Shown: positions 22,484-33,983 of the stretch, one piece after another
Layout of the letters: every line of letters starts with the position of its first letter
How positions within the stretch are numbered: the stretch's first letter is position 1
DNA from: Curvularia clavata
Lineage: Eukaryota
DNA length: 64,000 nt
Direction: 5' to 3'
NCBI GenBank assembly: GCA_023920165.1
Contig: CP089277.1
Location: 3,782,001-3,846,000, forward strand
Notes under the pieces: model-generated
Told to the model about the DNA's origin: nothing
The model's database searches: none
Seen by the model: the letters and a program-made list of their open reading frames with translations, nothing else
Made by a program: the position numbers and the translations under genes

Positions 22484-24878
22484 CTACTCGTCATCGCTCT
22501 CCTCCTCGTCATCCTCCATGTCCACGTCCTCGTCGCTCATATCCTCGATATCAACACCGTCCTCTTCATCTTCTTCCTCATCGGACTCATCGTCAAACAC
22601 CTCTCCATTCCTCTGACCCTCCTTCTCCGCTTCCTTCCTCTTCTTATCCTCCGTCTTGCGCGCATCCTCGAGCATCTTCTGCTTCTGCTCTCTGCTCCTT
22701 CGCTGACCAGCCACGAAAGCGCCCAGAGGACTCTTCTCCCAGTCTACGTCTTTCAAGAAACCCTCGACGCCCGCACGGTTGTTGGGCGCAAACTCGACCT
22801 TGTTGCGCTTCTCCTCAACCCAACGCGAGTTTGCCTCGAGTTTCTGCACGAGAAGGGCAAGCATCGAAGATACCTTGTTATTCTTGTTGCCGCTGCTCTT
22901 CTTAGTCATCGCCTTCACCCATCGCTTAAGCATGACAATGACAGGAAGCGCGAGTTCAGGAAAGGCAATGTTCTTGGTCCACAAGACAAAGAATTCAGAA
23001 AGAAGTTCTGAGACTTGTTCACCAATACCATCTTGGTAAACGCGTGTTCGTAGGAAAGCCTTGGTCGCGCGGATGCTGACGTTGAAGTCGAGCGCCTTGA
23101 GAGTGCTAGGCTTTGGGGGCTTCTTCATTTCGGCCGAGTTCAGGACTTCGACTAGGGCAGGCGCCAGGGGAATGTATGTAGATGTTGCCTGGGAGATGCG
23201 GAGGAGGGACCGCACAAGCTGGAATCGGAGAGGGAAGTACTGCGATGTGGGAATGAGGCGCATGGCTCCCAGAGTGACCTGAACAACGGGGTAGATGAGC
23301 GGTCGTAGTTCAGAAGGTTTTCCAGCTTCGGCTTCCCGGAGAGACTCGCAGTGCATCGAGACAACGCGCGACCAAAAGTCGAGCGAGTGGATGTATTGCC
23401 AGTTGTATACTGTCTTGTAAGAGTCTTTTGTCTTGTTTGTAATGCTCGTCCGCAGATGGATCGCAAGCTGACGGATGAAGCCAAAGCCGGTTGTGTAGCC
23501 TACTGTTGGATCGATGCCCCAGAGTTCAGCCGCTGTGTTCTTCATTAGGTTGATACCCTGAACGTTGTGGACTGTAGTGTTTCTTGCGCCCTTTACAAGG
23601 CCTTGGTACGTTTGCTTCAGAACAGCCTCGCGGAGACTTGGGTCAGCAATAACCATCAGCCGTCGCAGAACGAGGAAGGCCGACACTCGGGTGCCGTCGC
23701 TGTTTGCACTATCCGCCCATACAGCGGCGACGGAGCGTGTGACTTCGCGAATGATTTTCTTAAACGACAGAACATATGGAAGAAGGTTTGTCAAGGAATC
23801 TAGAGTCATCATCAGTGTCTTCGCATCAGCCAAGTTCTCAAGCAGGTGATGCATTGAGACGGTGTGCGACTTGAGAAGTGGCGTGAGGGTGCGGAACTTC
23901 TTTGTATCGGTAGGGACGCGACTAGGTTTGTTAGCGATGGCACTGAAGCACTGCGGAGGTCTGCCTACACTTTGCCGCCAGCGCTCTCCTTGATAGGCAA
24001 ATGGTGTTCGAGCACCTTGGGCACCATTTGAAGAGTTGTGACTTGGACTTGGTGATATACTGCACGCAGTTAGCATTGTTGCGCCAATAAGAATATAATA
24101 TGCGCATACCATCTGGGTCTGTAATCGAGTACTTGTACGACTTTCCACCATCTTCGTCATTCATGTGGGCTGCAGAGCGGAATGCGAGAACGATCTCCTT
24201 CATTGCGCGGAGAGAGTGCTTAGCTTCCATCGACTCTTTCCATTTCTTGACAGTCTTGATGCTGAGGTCGTTGCCTGTGGCCTCTGGCTCGTCGGCCTTT
24301 TGCTTCTTCCGTGGCGTTGCCTCGTCTTCACTAGCAGAGAGAGAATCAATCTCAGCCAGATCGGCGTCTTCAGCAAAGTCCAAAAGCTCTGCATCGTTCT
24401 CCTTGAGATATTTGTAGAACTCAGGATCCTTCTCTGCCAGCCCAGCAAGTTGTTCCTTGTGGGTATCCATGTCGTCGCCCGATTCGCTCTCGGATCCAGA
24501 CTCGTCAGCGCTGCCGGGCGCTTCTGCCATATCCTCGTCAGAACCTTCTGAAGCATCTTCCTCGACGGGTGTGCGCTTCCGCTTGCCAGTCTTTGGCTTG
24601 GTCTTCTTCTTGCTCATCTGAGGGATTTCGAAGCCGCCCTGGAAGAATTGATCCATGGACATCTCGCCCAGCTTGTCGTCCTTTGCATTTGTCTTGAGCT
24701 TCTTGGCTGCTATCTCTGCCTCGACGTCGTCGGCGCGCGCATTGTCTCTGGCCTTGCGCTCTTTCTTCTTGGCGTCCATCTGCTTGCGCTGCTTAATCTT
24801 GGCGACATCTTTGCGGCGCTTGATGGTATCGGCGAGCTTGTCCTTTTGGAACTTCTTTGTCGCCTTGGACACGGGCAT
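22484..24878 (-). CDS. noc2: Nucleolar complex protein 2; introns 24109-24060 and 23968-23922
   Basis: KDPEFYKYLKENDAELLDF, YNWQYIHSLDFWSRV, YFPLRFQ and IAFPEL motifs, with an acidic tail. Canonical introns restore one frame. Confidence 0.95.
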
Positions 24879-25139
24879 CTCGGCGGGATTGGGGGGGTTC
24901 CGTGGTGGGGAGGATGTTGTTGGCCCGGCGAGCAGCTGGTGGTTGAAAAACTTGGGCGCTCGAAAAAGTTCCCAGCGCTAAGGGACCCTGCAACCACTAG
25001 CGCCTTCCCCACGCCATGAACGCTTCCGCCGCCGACGCAACATAGTCAGCAAGCTCACAGCCTAGGCAGCAATTACTATAACTACGACTACGATTCCAAC
25101 CACAACTCCGACTCGATATACAATTCATTCAACGCCGCC

Positions 25140-25951
25140 ATGTACACTAGCAGACCGCTGGCCTACGCGCCGACACCCTACATCCCGCGCTCGAATCTGT
25201 CCGCGACCATTAATCTCGACGAGGTATGACGCGCCTCGGTCCCACCATGCCAGGTACTGGTTACTGACTGGCTGCATAGGAAGTCAAGCTCTCAACCACC
25301 AGCGCCGAGCGCGACCTGAACGATTCTCTTGCCGAAATATACAGCATCATTGTCACCCTCGATGCTGTCGAGAAAGCCTACCTGAAGGACTCGATCGCCG
25401 AAGCCGACTACACCGAAACATGCAGTCGACTGATGAAGCAGTACAAGTCAAACCTTGCCAATGACACGGTCGCACGAGCATTCGGCGATTTGGATCAGTT
25501 TTCCAGGGAGTGGCATGTATGTCAGAGCTGATTGTCGTCTGTTCCGGGGCTGACAACATACCAGATGGAATGTCCGAGGGCCGTGGAGCGATTGCGTGTC
25601 GGCATACCCGCTACCATTGAACAAGGTCCGTCAAGGCCAGCCCAACAAGGCGACTATGCAGATGCGACACTGGTAGTCAATGCGACCGAGACCTTTATCA
25701 CACTGTTGGATGCAATAAAGATTGGGCTAGTTGAGAAGGACACCCTGCATCCGCTCCTTGTGGAAATCATACAGGCAGTTAACAAGGTCACCGACGTCGA
25801 CTTCGAGAGCAAGGGCAAGATTGTCCAGTGGCTGATCACGCTCAACCAAATGCGTGCAGCTGACAAGCTGAACGATGAACAAGCGCGCGAGTTCCAGTTC
25901 GACATGGACCAGGCATACTATGGGTTCAAGAGCACGCTAAAGAAGACTTGA
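25140..25951 (+). CDS. vps28: ESCRT-I subunit Vps28; introns 25224-25279 and 25517-25564
   Basis: LAEIYSIIVTLDAVEKAYLKD, ECPRAVERLRVGIPATIE, FITLLDAIK...KDTLHPLL and WLITLNQM. Confidence 0.95.
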
Positions 25952-26083
25952 TAGCATTCGTCTTTGGCTCCAATCCAGGCGTTGGTACCGCGAGCTTCTA
26001 GCCCCGCACGGGCCCTGGACTTCTGTGAGTACCGCACCCCGCTCGCCAATAATTGCGACCGCGCCCGCCATAGTCAATTCAAA

Positions 26084-27180
26084 ATGTCCATGCTACATGG
26101 TATGGGTATCTGCGCCTATCATTTGTATGACTGGTGCTAAGTTTTCGTGCAGTCCTCGATCTTCCCCAAATCTACACCAAGCCCTCTGCTGAGGCGCTCC
26201 TCGATACCCTTACCCTCCTCACAGCCGCCCCACCGTCGTGGGAAAAGCCTGGAGAGTCAGAGCGTAAAAATGGACAGGCACCAGCAGTCACAGTCAATCC
26301 AGAAGGCATCACAGGCTACCTCACAAGCATCGTCGGGAGCGATCTACGGTGGATACAAGATGAGGAGTTGAAGGAGCAGATTTGGGACCAGGCCAGCGCA
26401 AGACTCAGCGAGCGCTCTGGACGATCTGCCATGGGCGCAATGTCGCGTTCTTTCCACATCCCCACCTCTTCCGACTCTTTTGAGCTAAGCATCCACGAGC
26501 CGACTATGACTGGCGATGATCTGGGCCTGAAGACATGGGCAGCGTCTTACCTCCTGGCGAAACGCCTCCATTCATTTGGGCTGGTTCCAGTAGATACACA
26601 TAACAGATTACAAGTCCTCGAGCTTGGTTCCGGTACTGGTTTGGTCGGGCTCGCCATGGCAGGCCTAGGCGCAGATGTGCTTCTGACGGACCTGCCTAGC
26701 ATCTGTCCAAATCTGGAGCACAATGTGCGCAAAAATCACGAAGTGGTCGATAGAAATGGTGGAACAGCTCGCGCAGCCATGCTTGACTGGACTGAGCCTC
26801 ACATTTGCGAGCCTCCGCAGGGCGACGATCAAGCTATTTCCGCAAAGTTTCCCGTGATTCTCGCTGCAGATTCGCTGTACTCTCCAGACCATCCGCGCAT
26901 GTTGGTTGACACCGTTGCTGCTTGGCTTTCCCCAGACAGCGACGCCAAGGTCATTGTAGAGTTTCCATATAGGGATGCGTATCTACCTCAAATTGAGGAT
27001 TTCCGCCGTCGGATGCTAAATATTGGACTGCAGATACTTGAAGAAGGTGAAGAGAAGGGATATGATGACTGGGGCATGTCCAGGACGGGCGATGACCAAG
27101 ACGACAGTGCGCTTGTGACGTGTTGGTGGGCATGTTGGACAAGACGAGGCTCAATTGCTAGCCCACAAGTCACTGCCTAA
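26084..27180 (+). CDS. Seven-beta-strand protein methyltransferase (family 16, Rrg1/Efm2-like); intron 26100-26152
   Basis: RLSERSGRSA, IHEP...LGLKTWAAS, VLELGSGTGLVG, LTDL, LDW and ILAADSLY. Confidence 0.9.
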
Positions 27181-27364
27181 AGACACATTATCCTTTGGCA
27201 GATACGGTCTTGTGAGGCCCAGGCGCGTTGGCAGGGACCCCACGGACCAGGTCGTTGGAATTTTATCTGGTCACTCGCACACTGGCGGCGTTCTATGGCG
27301 ACCTACCCTCGGAGCAACGCCGAGATGTTTAGACGGAGCCTTCCAAGAGGAGTGATGCAAGCGC

Positions 27365-27385
27365 CGGGTAATTAGTCCGGATAAT
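27365..27385 (+). promoter_or_regulatory. Two tandem CGGNTAAW motifs (XlnR/AraR-type) upstream of xylitol dehydrogenase
   Basis: CGGGTAAT at 27365-27372 and CGGATAAT at 27378-27385, about 230-245 bp before the ATG. They match the CGGNTAAW/CGGDTAAW consensus described for Aspergillus pentose regulators. Confidence 0.55.
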
Positions 27386-27610
27386 TTCAATGCGTCCAGA
27401 CTTGAGCCTTTGGTGAGCAACCATGATCCTAACCATGGCGGGATAGCTTCCCGCGAAGCTACAGCTCGGGGGTCCACAGTTGCCATCGTCATTAGCAGCT
27501 CACCTGCGCGTGGGTTTTGACAGACTATTCTTTCTCTTTCTTTCTCTTTTGTAGATATTGAGCCAGATCAGTACTTGGAAACGAATTCATATTCTACAAG
27601 ATTATTCACC

Positions 27611-28878
27611 ATGGCCACACAAACTTCTACACAGAAGGTACTTTACATTGCCCCACCATAACCCCGCCATGCGATACGACACAGCAACACTGCGGCCAAC
27701 TTATGTCATAAGGTAGCAAAACATGACTGACGTTTGTTCAGAACCCTTCATTCGTTCTCCAAGGAGTCAACAAAGTCGTCTACGAGGACCGGCCAATTCC
27801 TGAACTCCCCTCACCATACGATGTCATAGTGCGACCACGATGGACCGGCATTTGCGGTTCAGACGTGCACTACTGGGTTGAAGGCCGCATCGGCCACTTT
27901 GTAGTCGAGAAGCCTATGGTTCTTGGCCACGAATCCGCCGGCATTGTGCACAAAGTAGGCGACAAGGTGAAGACGCTCAAAGTCGGTGACCAAGTCGCCA
28001 TGGAGCCCGGTGTGCCTTGCCGCCGTTGCGTGCGCTGCAAGGAGGGCAAGTACAACCTCTGCCCAGACATGGCTTTTGCAGCGACACCTCCATATGACGG
28101 CACACTGGCACGGTACTACACATTGCCTGAAGACTACTGCTACAAGCTGCCTGAGAACATGAGCATGGAGGAGGGCGCGCTAATTGAGCCTACGGCCGTG
28201 GCTGTCCACATCACACGGCAAGCGGGCATCAAACCCGGCGACTCGGTCGTCGTGTTTGGCGCTGGACCTGTCGGTCTGCTGTGCTGTGCCGTTGCAAAGG
28301 CCTACGGTGCAAAGAAGATTGTCACTGTCGATATCAACGATGAGCGTCTGGGCTTTGCGCTCAAGTACGCTGCCAACGCGAGTTTCAAGAGCCAGCGTGT
28401 CAGCGCGCAGGAGAACGCAGAGAACATGATCAAAGAGTGCGAGCTCGGCGCTGGTGCTGACGTTATCATCGATGCGTCCGGTGCTGAGCCGTGTATCCAG
28501 ACGGCTATTCATGCTCTGCGTATGGGAGGAACATATGTCCAGGTATGTCGTCTTCTCCCTTTCCTCCCCTCTCAATTGAATTTCCTCTCTGTGAAAATCA
28601 CCAACTAACATTATTTTCTTCTCCTCCAGGGCGGCATGGGCAAACCCGACATCACCTTCCCTATTATGGCCATGTGCACAAAGGAACTCAACGTCAAGGG
28701 CTCGTTCCGCTACGGACCTGGCGACTACCAGACAGCGATTGACCTCGTGGGCAGCGGCCGTATTTCGATCAAGGAGCTGATTACAGGCAAGGTCAAGTTT
28801 GAGGATGCTGAGAATGCGTTCAGGGATGTCAAGGGCGGCAAGGGAATTAAGATTTTGATTGAGGGCCCTGCAGAGTAG
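27611..28878 (+). CDS. xdhA: NAD-dependent xylitol dehydrogenase (MDR family); introns 27638-27741 and 28543-28629
   Basis: NPSFVL, TGICGSDVHYW, PMVLGHES, four-Cys structural zinc site, FAATPPYDGTL, GAGPVG and GSFRYGPGDY. A sorbitol dehydrogenase assignment cannot be fully excluded. Confidence 0.88.
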
Positions 28879-30108
28879 ATGGGTTTCTGTGTGTTTCAAC
28901 TGTTTTCTGGTGTGTTCTAGGCCTAGTAAAAGAGTGTGGAGGTGTTGATGCGTGGTATGCATGATTACGATTTTTATTTTATTTTCAAAGGGCTGAAGAG
29001 AGGTTGTCATATTTTTTTATTAGATTGACAGACGTGCAAAATATGAATTTTTAGTCGAACAACTATATTCGAATCTACTGACTAAATTAATTTCTGTCTT
29101 TTCTCCTTCTTAATTCACCTTGTAAAATTTCTGATCTTTGGATTTTCTACGAAACAACAATATCTTGCGTAAAGTGGAAAAAAAAAAAATTGCTACTTCA
29201 AACCTCGTGGGTTTTTCGGCGTTTTTTTCTCCATCACCTTGTCTCTAACCCCTACACCTACCACACCCGATCTCGCATCTCACACTACTCTCGCATCACC
29301 CAAGCCAACGGTAAACATGCAGCATATACAAACCCTATCTTCACCCCTTGCCCAAAACATCCGTATTTCCCCGCCACTTTGCTGCAGCCACAGCCACAGC
29401 CACACTTTCCATGCTCTCCCCTTGCACCTCTGCCAGCCCATCTACACCCACGTCAATCTCGATTCTAGGCAACGCTAGGAGGAATGCTGAGGCGCAAGAC
29501 GTACGGGGCTGAGGCAACAGGCCCATGCAAGCGCGTGGGTATTGTGGAGATCAAAGGTAGGGTTGTGAAACAGGGCGCGTCTCGGGGGGTTCTGGGGGTG
29601 CAAGCAGGGGACTTTGCGGTGTAAATGGGATGTTGTAGGAATGAGAAAAGGGATTTTGAGGAGTTTGTTTATGAGAAGGAAAGTGATGATGTTCATGTGC
29701 ATCTGGGCTGAGAATTTGTTCACAAGGTTTGATGGGTATAGTGTTTTTATATTTGAAAGTTATTTAACTTTCATTCTTTGTAGGTATGATATTCCATCTT
29801 TCGATGCGCGCAATCGTTATGATGCTCGAATGCTTTGATACATGATAAACGTTCTTCTGTGCTGCAAAAAATATAGTGACAAAACGCACTTTCTCGCTGC
29901 GTTGTTGATTTGAAGAAGCAAAAAAGCAAAAACTGCGTTTCGGTCGCTAAATCAAGAGTCTGCCAGAGATGTAGGAGATGAGGAAAGTACGTCGTCTACA
30001 TGGACATTGTACATGAGCAAAATTCGCGGTTGGGGGTATAGTTTGTTGAGGAGTGTCGAAGCGAAAAGATTTTTTGTATATTGATATGGAACTGTGGCCG
30101 AGAGAACT

Positions 30109-30660
30109 CTATACACCAATCTTGCGGGCAGTGGAACCACGCTTGGGCAAGGTCCATGGCTGGGGACAGACAATCTGCGATACTGTTAGTATGCTGCTGG
30201 TAGAAGTATGGGGGCAGGATTCATGTCGTACCTCGCCTTCGCTATACGCCCAGAAGTAGGCCATCATACCAACGATGTAGTAGAGACCAGAGTTCGTGCC
30301 TTGGTAGATGAGCAGCGCACACAACGCACTCAGAGGGTAGACAATCAGGCGGGCTTCAATGGAGCGATGCAGTCCAGAACCGGCGAGCAGCGGCAGCGGC
30401 CATTCCCATGCGAGACCAACAATTCCGAGGATGACGTTGACGATTTGCAGTACGGGTACGGGCTTGACGGCGCCATCGAGGTTCTTAGTGAGGAAATCCC
30501 AGAAGATCTTTGGCCAGAAGAAGCAGTGGAAACCAGCGCATATTTGATCTGAAGTTTGTATGAGCAAGCGTCGCAGCAGGTAGAAGAGTAGAATGAGCTT
30601 ACATGCGGCGGCTGTGAGGATGATGAGACGAGCCCAGTGGTTCTTGATTAACTTGCCCAT
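30109..30660 (-). CDS. noxD: NoxD/Pro41, fungal p22phox-like NADPH oxidase subunit; introns 30602-30549 and 30231-30175 (146 aa spliced)
   Basis: MGKLIKNHWARLIILTAA, FFWPKIFWDF, AWEWPL, YQGTN and WAYSEGE...PWTLP are Pro41/NoxD hallmarks. Confidence 0.92.
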   Translation of the reverse strand: MGKLIKNHWARLIILTAAACKLILLFYLLRRLLIQTSDQICAGFHCFFWPKIFWDFLTKNLDGAVKPVPVLQIVNVILGIVGLAWEWPLPLLAGSGLHRSIEARLIVYPLSALCALLIYQGTNSGLYYIVGMMAYFWAYSEGEVRHESCPHTSTSSILTVSQIVCPQPWTLPKRGSTARKIGV

Positions 30661-33600
30661 TTTGCAGATATTATAAAGAAAGGATACGAGCAGTAAACCG
30701 AGCCCGCGGTCGTTAAAGAAAGTAAATGGTAGTAATGAAAAAGAAACGGGGGAAAGAAGAAAGAAAGTAAGCGGAAATGTCCCTTCGACTACCAGTAGCC
30801 TCGATGACAGATGAGCATCGACTTGGGAGGGGTGCGGCAGTCAGAGTTTGTTATAGGCAATGCGTCGGGAACAACGGGCGGTTCTCTGTTGGCCTAAAGA
30901 GGCAAGGCGGGCTGGGGAACAGGCACCGATGAGCAGAGTGGATTGATATTGCGCAAGTGTTATGGATGGCTGAGGCGTAGGCGAGTCTCAGGCGTGTTAG
31001 GTGTTCAGGCAGCGTGGTGTTGCCGTTGAGCTTCGCGACGTGAGGTGTATCAGTATACCGGGAGCGACAGCGGGCGGTCGACCCCAATTGTAAAGACAAT
31101 TATGCGCCATTGCAATCCTGGTCCTTTTTGGCTGGGCGCCGACTGGGGTGTGTGAAGGGGTGCTGGTCACTCGTGTAGCCGCTTGACCCGCACGGCAGCC
31201 ATTGTGCGTGTGAGGGCGGCCATTGGTTGTCTGCACGGGAAGCGCTAGCGACCTTTGGTCCCGCTGCAGCCACAGCACCCGTGCGCCGGATGCGAGTCTA
31301 TCCTATGAGCATAGGTCCTCAGCCGCTTGGCGTAGTGGCGGGCGTGCAAGGCGTGCGCTAGATGTGTGAATCTTCAAGCTCACGTGCTGGGCGACTGGCC
31401 TACTAAACTGCCGGGCTGCTGGATGGCGAGAGCAGCATGCCACCGAGGCCAATGCGGAATGACTCTGCCATGGCAGCGAGATTCGCCGTCGGTTGTACGG
31501 ATAGCGGCCATGCTAGGTGTATGGATAGTTGGTACTACAGAGAGTCAGTCGGCATGTGACGACAACGGGTGCTAATTCTCCGCGATCCATGTCCAGATGC
31601 GGCACAGCCATTGTGCCTTGTAGGCAGCGGATGCCTGAGTCCCGGTTTCTGCTCTGTGCCTCAGGATTGCACGCGGCGGGGCGCATGACGATGCACGATA
31701 GCGATGCATGGAAGACGACATCGAAGGTTGGTCCTGGGATCCTTAGGCGTGCCCATCAAACAACATCATACGACAACGTTTACTTCAGAACCTTGTCTTC
31801 GCTGTCAATGCCACGACTTTGGAAACTCGAAGGCCGAAAGGCGCCGATACAAAACAAAGTGGTACGATACTCGTTCTGTATCAGTTCGCAGCCGCAGGCA
31901 AGCTTTGTGGCTACCTGGTTGTCGGAGGATAGCTTAGGCACGGGTCAGCACAGGATGTAGATCGATGGGGGTCTGCCGAATCGAACGAGATCTGGGAGAA
32001 GAACAATGGCCTGATGTTGTTTTCAACGGGAGCGGTAGGATCACGCAGAGTGTAATGGTAGTTGTTGACGTTAGATGTGCGTCTACTGAATAAACTTTGG
32101 TTTACAAAAAAGAGTAGTCACGACTCCCCCCCCCAGCCACAGCCCAAAACTACACTTGAGCTACAACGTCAACCACGCTGCGCTGCTTCCATGTCATCAC
32201 CTCTTCTACAGTCTCACCCCAAGCTCAAGACGGCTGCCGAAGCGCTTGATTTCTCATCCCAATAGCCCAGGGCATGCCACGCTCGCTTGGCCCCGATTAC
32301 ATGTGCACACCGCTTCAAGCCATCACGCAGTCCCAAGACAATACTAGCGGTGCCAACGTCGCTCACTTTTCAGAGGCCCACCGTGTACAAGGCCGGCAAT
32401 ACGCATGTCCTCACCCGTCGTAGCCGTAGGCAGCGGGGACGACCCCAAAATAGCGACTCCATCTAGTACTCGTGCAGCCAGACACCGTGCAGCAACGGGC
32501 GTAGACTCTGTGGGGGGTACCTGAGCGCTTGCACGCGCCTGTTGATTGGCCGCCCGCTCGACGCCGAGCTTTTCGCCCGATAGCCAGTGCTACCAACCAC
32601 AACCCAGAAGTGCCTCTGAGCATAACTCGGCGGCTCTGGACGCCAAAAAGCCACGGCGGGCTCCTACGACGCTTTGCTGCTGTCCCGCGATATCCAGTCT
32701 TCGTGGCGAGGGGGCCTAGTTTAGGAGTAGAGCCGCCACCTGGAAACAGAGCGACCCATTTCAAACACTTGTCCCTCACCGACTGTCCATTGTCAACACC
32801 CATGACTGTCTCCTAGCCACTTGCCCATAACGACTTTGACGTAGCGAACGATTGCCCGAATCGATTCATAGCCCGTTTTCCTCCATTGAATTCTCGACGC
32901 GCCTTCCAACGCGCATTGTTTCATCCCGCCCTCGCGTATCAAGTGCTCGACCCATCAGGAAATCCCCCAGCCCACCCGTAAATCCGACTATCCCGAAGGA
33001 AAAAACGTCCCCAAACTCTACCGCGACACCTCAGGCGCACCTGTCGAATTGACGCCGACATTGACGTTTGGCCTTTTTGTAACATCGGGCAGCCACTCGC
33101 AACCCTGTGCCTACTGCTGCTGCTCGTCATCATCCTCACCAAAGTCTGACCTCGAACAAACCTTGTGGCGAAACAATTGCTCGGCTCGTTGCATAACAGC
33201 ACCACATCAACAAACCAGCAAACCAGCATATACACACACACTGTGTCGTGCATAGCCGCAACCTAGCCAGCCGTCGTTAGGCCCTGAACATTTCCTGTAA
33301 AGACCAAGAAAAAAATGATTTCGTGCCTGGCGATTCAGGTCTGAGACGCTCTTCACACACAAGGGGCTTGTGCATAGCTGCGAACCCCTCCACCACCCTC
33401 AATCCCTCAGATCTACACCTTAGGCTTAGTGAGGTTTGGCGCCACCCCCGGCGGCTTTGCATCGCTTCCCTTCCGGGTGATTTTATCAATCATCAAGCTT
33501 AGCCCAGCTGGTATACCGGAAAACCACCAGGGCTTCGGTCAGAGCCACATCCATACCTAGCAGGCCCTGTCAGTTTCAGCACTGCGTACCGCTCTACCCA

Positions 33601-33983
33601 CTTTTGCGCGGCTCGCAACGACTCGCACATTGGATCGCCGACAGTGCGCCCTGCTTATCCCCAAGGCTTGACATTCTAATACCCTTGGTCCCCAGCCAGT
33701 CCTGGGTCGTCCTCCACCTCCACCCCTCTTACTTCGCACACCACTCCGCCCGTCCCTGGACACCGACATTCTTTTCTTTATTTCGTATCTGGCTGGCCGG
33801 GTCGAACTTCGACTGGATCGTATTCCTTTTCTGGTTGAGGTTCGCTTTTAACTACGCATACTCTGTTTAATCTTTTCATAATCACCGTTGAACGGCTGTC
33901 TTTGGTGCGCTTTGTCCAAGCAGCAACCAGGTTGCCATTGACAAGAAGACAAACACCTCTGCCACTTTGGGAGAACCGTCACA

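Noticed and set aside
30661..33983. Small ORFs and a Pro1/Adv-1 GGCGCTTA site in the noxD-noxA spacer
   Set aside because: The ORFs lack codon bias or motifs, and I found no exact GGCGCTTA match by eye.
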